From NCBI GenBank assembly GCA_024626585.2, contig JANKJI020000004.1:169205995-169243065 (forward strand): a DNA stretch of 37,071 nucleotides. The letters run 5' to 3'. Shown here piece by piece: positions 24,744 through 34,628 of the stretch. The notes below the pieces were generated by a model that searched no databases, was not told the DNA's origin, and saw only the letters and a list, made by a program, of their open reading frames with translations. The translations under genes were made by a program, and so were the position numbers. Every line of letters begins with the position of its first letter. Position 1 is the stretch's first letter. This DNA is from Ginkgo biloba. Lineage: Eukaryota > Plantae > Ginkgophyta.

Positions 24744-24761
24744 AAAAAAAAAAAAAAAAAA
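24744..24761 (+). repeat. A18 tract, probable 3' tail of a retroposed sequence
   Basis: Longest homopolymer in the window, preceded by T-rich 3'-UTR-like sequence. Confidence 0.5.
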
Positions 24762-25139
24762 GCCTGTTCTTAGTTAGAGCCTAGAATGTTGGATTGTCTG
24801 CTTTAACAATTTAACATAATTATTTTATCAGCAACAGTTTATGATAGAAATAGTAACAATACAAAATTCTATACAAAAAGATGTAAGGGTAACAAAAAAA
24901 GACCAAAAAGGGTGGATTCAAAAAAGCAGGGGATTGTGAAAGTAGAATCATATGTTAGAAGAGAAGTGATAGTAGCAATAAATCTAATTCTTGGGTATCA
25001 TAAAAAAGGATTAGGCCAATTTTACGTAAAATGATGAGTAAAACTAACAACAACTGGTGGTATAACAGAAAAAGAACAATCATTAGCGTTTAATTGTTGG
25101 GCTTTCTTCCTCTGTTCCCTTCTCTAAAAAAGGAACACT

Positions 25140-25900
25140 ATCCAAGTGAGGTTGTTGGGCAATGCATGTCTATTGTGAATATCATACTCAAAAGATTCAC
25201 CATGTGAGTCTGCAAACAAGAATTTACTTGGACTTCCAGTGAAGGTGAAACCTCAGCTGACCTTTTGGGGAGAGGCTTGAATATCATATGAAACTTGTTG
25301 TCAAGCTCAATTATCCTTGTGTGAATAGCTGTTGGGTGGTTCTCAAGTAGAACCACCTAAGGTTTTGTCTTTCTTTTGCTTCAATTGCATCAAAGAAAGG
25401 GAAGACTGAATTTATTTGCGCTGTTGTCTTGGGCAGGATAAAAAAGACCATTCATCTTAGCAGAAAATAGTATCAACCCTGGCATGGCTGAAAGGAAAAA
25501 GGAGGGGGGGGGGTGCCCTGCCTATTATGCATTACAAATAAATGCATAATGCAGTCCAAAACAGTGTAGCTGTAAAGTTGACCTTGACTCAAACTTTATC
25601 TATGCCATTGGACCTCTTGTCCATGATTCATTGTAGTTCAGATCAGCCAATTACAATTTTGAAGCTTTTCAAAATGCTGAAACACTTCCCATTCAAAATT
25701 CTCGACATGAAAGACCATATGTCCATGGAATGAAATCAACAGTCTGGTGTTGAGATTACCGCAGGTCTGCCATTGTGGAGCCCAAAACCAGTTAATTTGA
25801 GTGTCGAAGATCTTGTCAAAACAGCTTTGGTTGACTCAAATCAAGTCTCAAACTTTGTGATGACTTTGAAACATTTTGCCATTTCAAACAATTGGGTAAT
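25140..25900 (-). mobile_element. Degenerate LINE RT relic
   Basis: VIS./QTVDFIP (resembles IS..QTGFIPGR), IDKV*V (resembles KA.DKV.W) and ILFSAKMNGLF (resembles LFADD..LF) occur in the expected order. Confidence 0.4.
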
Positions 25901-26490
25901 GTCTAGACCCTACCTATGATCAGTCTGACCACTTAAACAATTGTTTGAAAACCAGTTTTGTCTTGGACTTATCTGATGAGACCAAAGATGTACCCAGATC
26001 AAATTTTTAATCAAGATTGGGTCACTTACATCAAAGTGTGGATGCCACTATCACACAGCATGACCTGCTCCCTAAATCAAGGAGAACAAGTGAGAACCTA
26101 CTTGAATTCTCTGTTGAGGCGGGGGGGGAGGGGAATCTATGAAAAAGAGGCCCTTCCTTTTATATTCCTCTGGCTTATACCCAAGAGGATTTGATGTAGA
26201 GTTGTAGTATGCTAGGAATGAACATACACATCAGAAAGACAGACAAAGGTTAGCTGATTCCTAATAAGGGGAATGGATACGCCTTGAGTGAAATTTATCA
26301 CAGCATAAAAAAAAAATCTTTTCCAGAAAGTACTTCATCAACATTGTTGAGCAGTCAAATGTTGCAAGCTGAGGAAGGCCCAGGATGAGCAATCGTCCTT
26401 GACCTAAAATAGCTACAGTTGGGAGATGAAATAGGATATTACCCTTTTCCACCACCAAAGTCTCACACAGATTTGGGGGATCAAAAAGAT

Positions 26491-27393
26491 GGAGATCCAG
26501 GTCCATTCAGGGATGAAATTGCCTCTAATTCAGATTTTTTATTTTGTTGTTTCTTATTTGGAACGCCCAACATAAATAATGTGAATGTCTTTTTCAAATT
26601 TGGGATACCTCCTTTATCTTGAAGCCTATTAGACTCGTTAATAAATTTCCATTGCATATTGCTCTTAGGCAGCAAAAAAAATTAGTTCATAATGGAATAA
26701 AGTAGCATAATTGGTTTCGTATTCCTTGCCCTAGTACTACCCTTAATTTTATTTCTCGACATTATTACGGCGTTCATTGGAATAATGAACTTAAATGTCA
26801 GGTCTCAATCTCGGCAAATGATCTCTCTATGCTCTATTTTGGACATCTTCCAGCATTTGTTTCCATATCAGTGCAAATTCAAGTTCTTTATTTTGGGTAT
26901 TAAAATTTCTATTTAAGGAGCCTCATTCACATTTATTTTGCTTAATTTCTAATAGAAACATAAAAATGTATATAAACGTTCCCCCTAAAGAAAAGCTAGG
27001 CATGGAATCTACGAATTTTTTTTAGGGCGATCTGATCACATTCCACAATAATAACTTCCGGAATTTTCTCCATTTTACAATGTGCATGTGCAAAGTATGG
27101 ATGGATGCTGATGTAATTTCAATAAGAAGCTCGCAGATGCTGCAATAGCTGTGGATTACACACTAGTAGTATACCCCACCGATCTCATCTGTCAACCGAA
27201 TACAGAGTGAATAAAATAAAAAAAAGCTTCTTGCTCAGCTTTANNNNNNNNNNNNNNNNNNNNNNNNNNNNNNNNNNNNNNNNNNNNNNNNNNNNNNNNN
27301 NNNNNNNNNNNNNNNNNNNNNNNNNNNNNNNNNNNNNNNNNNNGGAGATCCAGGTCCATTCAGGGATGAAATTGCCTCTAATTCAGATTTTTT
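26491..27393 (+). repeat. Identical 50-bp dispersed direct repeat (26491-26540 and 27344-27393)
   Basis: ggagatccaggtccattcagggatgaaattgcctctaattcagatttttt occurs twice; the second copy begins exactly at a 100-N gap. Confidence 0.9.
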
Positions 27394-27479
27394 ACTTGAT
27401 CAAATATAACTTTTCATCTTAAATCCCTTTTGTGTATGTCTTTAGCCCTTTTTAGTTTATAAAAAGTCAGATTATGTTT

Positions 27480-27860
27480 GTCATATCCATTTCTGGGCTA
27501 TCTTGGCTCTGCATGAAATGACATGTTCTGCATATCTGGATAGTTTTCGTGAAGCCCCTGTATCCATGGGTGATCCAATGTCACTAGGCCTTGCTCTCAT
27601 CCAAGAAGCATAAAGCCATAAAAGTGGCTAACACAAGTTAGCTTCATCCTTGTGCATACGCATGGGCAAGCATTGTGGTGTTACTGGTCGTATTGCACTG
27701 AAGTGAAGCATTAGCATACAGTGGAAGTCTGCCTGGCATCAAGACACTTCCTGAACTTTGTATAGAATTTGACAAGAGGCAGTTTTGCATCTCATCCATG
27801 ATTTGGTATTATCCACTGGTAATATGGTCACTACAATCGAGAGGCACTTGTGCTCAATAT
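27480..27860 (-). pseudogene. Probable PLS-class PPR gene relic
   Basis: QNC/LVKFYTKFRKCLDARQT resembles N.LVNMY.KCG.L.DARQ.F, followed by NTTMLAHAYAQG resembling WTTML.AYAQ.G. Stops and frameshifts. Confidence 0.5.
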
Positions 27861-28737
27861 ATATCTTGTCATCTGACTGACCAGTTATGAATTGTATTGC
27901 CTAACCAGGCTTAGGTGTATTACTTAGTTTAATCCATCCCAGGTTAAGTTTTTGTTTGGTACAGGTAGCTGTTAAGGTTTCCCAGAATCATTATATAATT
28001 TTGCCTTATGCCTCTCATCTGGATTCTGCCAACTCATACAAGGACAGGGTTTCAGAGTACTCGCCCATAGAAAGTGGGACGGCTACTAAAAACATCATAT
28101 TCAGCTGATTCATTATGACATTATGTATTAGTGTCCTTATATTGGAGTATCACTATCATTTTGCTGTAGAATTAATTACTGTTATCAAGTGAATGAATGA
28201 AGAAGTATTATCAACACTTTGCTTCGGAACCTTATCTGTTTTGAAATCTCAATGCCGAATCAACTGACGGGTGTTGGCCCCGAATGTGGATGAAGACCAA
28301 GAGGAAGAAATGTCATTTTTGTATGTGTCTAAGTAGGACCTGTTTTATGCCCTATAACATTTCTTCAGGCAAAAGGGCCCATATGAGCCAGCCTTTGCTT
28401 AAATTGTTTCCTAGGTAAATCTTTAATTTCCACTTGAAAGCATCCCTATTTCTAATGTGTCTTTATGCTACAAAATATCTTAACAGTGTGCTTGTAGTGA
28501 AACACTGGAACATTCTGAACAACCTGGAAATTTCTGCTGGACAACACTGTCATTTTCAACTTACTGCAAAAGAAACAGTCCAAAATATCCAAGAAGCAAG
28601 GGACTATAAGTGACTGTGAATCATGTCTTCCATACTTTACCAAGGCTCAGATGAATGATGGCAACATGGATGTGATGAGGATTTTTAACAGTCAAGAACA
28701 ATGACTCATGGAAAATGTCAACATTGTTATCTCCTAC

Positions 28738-28749
28738 CGTGAAATCGAG
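28738..28749 (-). CDS. Candidate 12-nt micro-exon, CTCGATTTCACG
   Basis: ctaac branch point plus ttctgtattgtatag acceptor; donor CG|gtagga; frame-preserving length. Confidence 0.3.
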
Positions 28750-28997
28750 CTATACAATACAGAAGTTAGGATTGAAAATGTCCGTGAAGCTAAATCACAA
28801 CGAAACCTGAACATTTGGAAGTGTTGAAACCATAACCCTAAACGTTTCCAGAAGGGTATGAAATTTTAAATTGATTAAAACAAACCGGTTTACGCCGTTT
28901 CTAAAAGTACCTCCAGAAAGCACTTTGAAGAAGATAAAGAGGCGTGTTTCAATTTATTCAAGCAGAAAATATTTATATCTGATTCAATTGGACTTAC

Positions 28998-29032
28998 CAG
29001 TTAATGCGAAGTGGCCCATAGTTGCGTAGTTT
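28998..29032 (-). CDS. Candidate upstream host-gene exon, KLRNYGPLRIN(W/C); acceptor uncertain (29032 or 29064)
   Basis: Consensus donor TG|gtaagt; the phase-2 end fits the 13604 exon with or without the micro-exon. Confidence 0.4.
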
Positions 29033-30204
29033 CTTAATTTGTTATGGCAGTAAACAGTTAAAATCTAATTCAGTAGACCACATTGATATACAGAAACTGT
29101 AATTGCAAAGCTTTAGGTATCTAGTTCATATCCCCCAGTGTCTTATTGAGCTCCAAGCTCCTCTATGAAGGCCACATGATCTCTAATTACTTTTCACATG
29201 CTAAAGATACCACAATGGCTACTGCCATTCAATGCTACTCGCCGTAAAAAAAAATGCGGGAGGTAGTGAAGAAGGATTTTGTTAAAATTTTACCTTTCCT
29301 CAATTGTTATGCACATCATGCAATCTATGTCATTCATTTTAACATGAAGCAACCAAAACCCTGGGAATCTCATCATATCGTGTTAAAAAATAAGGAAATG
29401 TGCAGGCATTATCAGAATTCTAAAAATGTGCCTAAAATATCAGAAAATGAAACTTCAACCNNNNNNNNNNNNNNNNNNNNNNNNNNNNNNNNNNNNNNNN
29501 NNNNNNNNNNNNNNNNNNNNNNNNNNNNNNNNNNNNNNNNNNNNNNNNNNNNNNNNNNNNTATAAAGTAGTTGGCCATCCTACTCGATAACTGCTAGCCA
29601 CCCTCCATGGAAATACACCAAACTACAACCTATATGATTGATAATGTACAAATTGACAAGATGTTAAACTAACATGCACTTATAACAAGTCCTTCCATGG
29701 AGGTTGACAGAATACCATGACTCCTTAATAGACTCAATTATATATTTATTGAGCTCATTACATAAGATATTATATTTTTTAATAGAACCAATTTGTTGAC
29801 TCTGATTCCATACAACATACTTGATAGATGGTCTTAGCGCTATTATACTTTTGACACAGTATAAAATACTTGACTAAGTTGATAGACTTTTTAAAATACA
29901 TNNNNNNNNNNNNNNNNNNNNNNNNNNNNNNNNNNNNNNNNNNNNNNNNNNNNNNNNNNNNNNNNNNNNNNNNNNNNNNNNNNNNNTGTCAAAGATCCCA
30001 AAAAAAATAAAATATATCCAAGACTTGATTTAAGCCCTCTTACTTGGATATTACCCCATGCATTCGCTCCATATGACCATGAATTTTATAATCAAAGATT
30101 AAAATTGATATTATTCCATGGTTATCGACATCCACATATTCTCTCTATTGTGAACATCGTCGACGCAATTAAATTTCTAACAACATCCATAATTTGTCCA
30201 ATTT

Positions 30205-30450
30205 TAGACATATCTGACATAGTGCTCCTCCGACAACAACCCAACTTTGTCCCATGTCAGATATATCCGACGTAATTCTCTGATGGCAACCCAACTTTAT
30301 CCCATGGCGGATGTATCCGACATAGTCCTCCAATGGTAGCCCAACTTTGTCCCATGTCAGATGTATCCGACGAAGTGCTCCTTCAATGGCATCCCAACTT
30401 CATCCCATGTCGGATATATCCAATGAAGTGCTCCTCCGATAGCAGCCCTG
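30205..30450. repeat. Minisatellite, unit about 50-53 bp, about 4.5 copies
   Basis: cccaactt..tcccatgtc.gat.tatccgac recurs at about 30240, 30290, 30340 and 30393. Confidence 0.92.
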
Positions 30451-32609
30451 TCGAATGAAAAGTGTCGCCGATAGACTTCAGGTCCCAACACTGAGCCAAA
30501 GAAAACCACCGACAAAACTTTTGATGTGTAGGTACCTCCAACAAGTTTGAAATGTGTGCAGGCGATTCTTATAGAATGAAATTGGAAGTTTCCAGAAGCG
30601 ATTGCATGTAAACTCCTAAATCCTTCTAAAATTAGAAATAGCCTATCCAAATTATGTATACGAACGGAAAGAGGGTAGGAGATCAATGAGAAAACCCGTA
30701 GAGATACAGAGGGCCACCTCCTTTCGTTCCAAACACACTAACGGAACGCCGATTCATTACACACACCGTTTTGTTCACGTGTGAATGACCGTTCCTTTGC
30801 GGGAACTGCAATTCCGTCATTTGAGGTGCTGGCAACCCTTTACGTCTCCTTGTGCTTTCGAAATGTCAATCTCGTAGTTGACCGAAGGGAGGCTTCTTTA
30901 TTAAAGGATCATCGCCCTAAATCACATATGCAATCTATGTAGGCCACATATGGCGAGTCAATCTATGTCTATAAATAGCTCCAAGAGGGTTGGAGTAATC
31001 TATAGGCATCGATGACCCTTCAATTAATGGCTATCTGTCGCCTCAATAGAATACTCTTCATATAGGGAGATTTTTGTTGACAACTTTTACATGATATGTT
31101 GGGCATGGATGACCTATAACGAGAAGGTTGTTTATAAGCACAATTTGTTATTAATAAAAATCAAAAGTAGAGATTGTCTCTTCCTTAAATAAGGGATGTT
31201 CTTACAAATTTCTTTATTGCAATCTTGTAAGNNNNNNNNNNAATTAATAGATGTAAAAAATACAAAAAAATTGTATTGGGAGCTAGGTGTAATCAATTTG
31301 CAATGTTATTGTGTTAATTTTTTCTACTACTCAAACGGAGGCATTTAGTTGCGACTACATCGAAGAGGAATAAATGATAGATTTAATTACTTCTTTAAAA
31401 GTAGATGGGTTTTTTTTGGGTGGGTGGTTGTTTTGGAAATATGATTATATTAACTAATTGAAAATAATGCCAGAGTACGTCATTAATGTGGATATACAAA
31501 AAATAGATACAACAAGTCTCCTAACAAACCTCCAAAATTATAACGTGGAGTACAAGCCATATAAGGAAACCAAAAGAGCCCAGTTACCAACACAATGTCA
31601 ACCCTAAAGATAGTAAATCCAAAAAGATCTAAATAAAAAAAAATCCACATCATAACAACTATCACCATCAGAGCTATGAGCATCAATTTCATGATAGGTA
31701 CGATTCATCTCCATCCTAATAAGTTGTTTGGGACGAGATGAGGCCACTTCTAATATCGACGTTTTTGTTCTTGACAATTTATCCAATAAAGTAACATGTT
31801 TGAGGGATTCCTCTCTCCTCCTCCCGCTATCACCNNNNNNNNNNNNNNNNNNNNNNNNNNNNNNNNNNNNNNNNNNNNNNNNNNNNNNNNNNNNNNNNNN
31901 NNNNNNNNNNNNNNNNNNNNNNNNNNNNNNNNNNNNNNNNNNNNNNNNNNNNNNNNNNNNNNNNNNNNNNNNNNNNNNNNNNNNNNNNNNNNNNNNNNNN
32001 NNNNNNNNNNNNNNNNNNNNNNNNNNNNNNNNNNNNNNNNNNNNNNNNNNNNNNNNNNNNNNNNNNNNNNNNNNNNNNNNNNNNNNNNNNNNNNNNNNNN
32101 NNNNNNNNNNNNNNNNNNNNNNNNNNNNNNNNNNNNNNNNNNNNNNNNNNNNNNNNNNNNNNNNNNNNNNNNNNNNNNNNNNNNNNNNNNNNNNNNNNNN
32201 NNNNNNNNNNNNNNNNNNNNNNNNNNNAGAGAGTATACTTACAAATGGTTCACGATATTAACTTTATTAATGAGATTACTTACCACATTCTTTCCCATCT
32301 TTTGAATGATCTCCTTTCTTATGTTATGGTGTGTTTTTCTTGATTTCTTTATGCATATATTTACAATAAGGACTCTTTGTGCATAAAGACCCCCCTAATA
32401 TCCTTTGAGATGTTTTTTATATTTATCATTTACTAGGGTGTGGCATTTGTCATCAACATATTTTGACAACCATACTAGGGAATGCAATACATTTCCTAGA
32501 ATTTGCACTTCATCATCATTTTTATATGGATTTCAATAGATATCATAGATTATCACAGCATCACATTACAACATTGGTCCATGCAACATTCATTTGCAAG
32601 TTTTTGTTG

Positions 32610-33597
32610 AGCAGGTTTAGCAATTATCACCTAGATATACTACACCATGCATTTTCCTAAAAATACTATTGATTTTTCTAATGTGCTACAACTCCATCAT
32701 GTCACACCACAAATGTTGTGCATTTTTATAAACATCACGATTTTTCCTTAAGACGGCGTAGGTTTTCTTGAGCATAATTTTTGTGCGTCCAACGTGATTT
32801 TTTTGCAATACTACAACTGCACAATGCCCAACTTTTACAGAGACATCTAGTCTACAACTTGCCATTTATTATGCTCCAACAACATTATTCATTCTCTACC
32901 ATATTTTTAGCTTCATCACATGGCTCATTTTCCTATTGGATTTTAGACATTGGGGCACCAACTCATTCCCGATGTATTGGATATGTACTTCATCAAAAGC
33001 AGGTTTAGCAAATATCACCTACATATACTACATGCATTTTCCTAAAAATATCATTGATTTTTCCTATTGTGCCATGACTCCATCCTATCACGCCATGCCT
33101 TTTTCCTATAACGCCGCGTATTTTTCTAAATGTCACAGGTTTTTCTCAAGATGACATGGGTTTTCTTATGCATAATTTTCATACATCCAATGTGACTTTT
33201 CTGCAATACATCAACTGCACAATGCCTAGCTTTAGTAGAGGCTTCTGGTCTAGAGCTTGCCATTTATTATGCTCCAACAACACTATTCATTCTCTACCAT
33301 ATTTTTAGCTCCATCACATAGCTCATTTTCTTATTAGGTTTTAGACATCAGGGCACTAGATTGCTCACAATGTAGTGGATATGTACTTTATCAAAAATAG
33401 GTTTAACAATTATTACCTACATATACTACACCACGCATTTTCCTACAAATATCATTGATTTTTGATGCGCCATGGCTCCATTGTGTCACGCCATGCCTTT
33501 TTCCTATAATGCCACACATTTTCTTGAATACCGTGGGTTTTTCTCAAGACGATGCGAATTTTCCTGAGCATAATTTTTGTGCATCCAACGTGATTTT
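32610..33597. repeat. Tandem repeat, unit about 390-400 bp, at least 2.5 copies
   Basis: aggttta.caa.tat.accta.atatactaca...gcattttcct starts at about 32613, 33001 and 33399; similarity continues through the units; the array ends in a gap. Confidence 0.92.
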
Positions 33598-33697
33598 NNN
33601 NNNNNNNNNNNNNNNNNNNNNNNNNNNNNNNNNNNNNNNNNNNNNNNNNNNNNNNNNNNNNNNNNNNNNNNNNNNNNNNNNNNNNNNNNNNNNNNNN

Positions 33698-34628
33698 AAT
33701 ATCGTACCTTATTTTATTATAAATGGAACTTCTTTTATGAGTGTCTTCTCAAGTTGGATAATACTAATTAAAATGGTAGAGGTACATTATATCATCATAT
33801 TATTGGATAATACAAATTAAAATGATAGAGGTACATTATATCATCATATTATTCAACAGTTATATGCAGCCAATACAAATAATATTGCATCCATGAGGTC
33901 AAATCGTATTAGTTATTAAGACTTTATAGTCATAATAAAGCCATATTATTTAGTGCAAGCCTTGTGTCATCATTCCATAATTTCAACTTGCATACAATTT
34001 CCTTGTTCATCTCTCATCACCTTGCCATTTAGTCCTCTCACTCATACAATCAACTTTCCATTTGGGTTTTGGACTTGGGGGCACCAACTCCCTTTGTTTA
34101 CAGATATGATATTTTCAGTGACATTATTGTACACTTCAACAATTTTCAAAATTCATTTTCATTTTCTCCACTGCTTACATAGAGCTAACGTAACATTTTT
34201 GGTACCCACCTCATAGCTCCAAAATCTACAGAAGGGATGAACATAAATATCCCTCACACTCCAAGATTATTTGATTGTGGATGACAAAGATCACTGTAGT
34301 TGTCATACCATGCTCCATTCAACATTACAACAATCAACCCACGACATGCATCTTTTTTTATCTTTGTTTGTTGCCTTTTTTTCTTTTTGTCTTCTTGCCG
34401 ATGCATATCATAGGACATTATTGTAACTTTTGATACACACATCTATCTACTACATTGTTCCATCTTTATTTACTCATTATGCCTTGAGGATGGGACCTAT
34501 CCATACCCATTTGGCTCCATTTCATCAAATATTTCATGTATGAGTTTGGGATATGTCTAATATCGTACCTTATTTTATAATAAATGGAACTTCTTTTATG
34601 AGTGTCTTCTCAAGTTGGATAATACTAA
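33698..34628. repeat. Near-identical direct repeat of about 70 bp (33698-33767 and 34559-34628), plus an adjacent tandem with about 50-bp period (33768-33853)
   Basis: aatatcgtaccttatttta.(t/a)ataaatggaacttcttttatgagtgtcttctcaagttggataatactaa twice; taaaatg.tagaggtacattatatcatcatattatt twice. Confidence 0.88.

Noticed and set aside
30205-30450. CRISPR-like periodic array
   Set aside because: Sequences between the conserved cores are themselves homologous, so there are no unique spacers; no cas genes; eukaryotic context.
31480-31600. Possible hAT transposase trace (LFWFPYMA...FLYIH resembling LFW.PC.AH...FIYNH)
   Set aside because: Too short and degenerate to support without a profile search.
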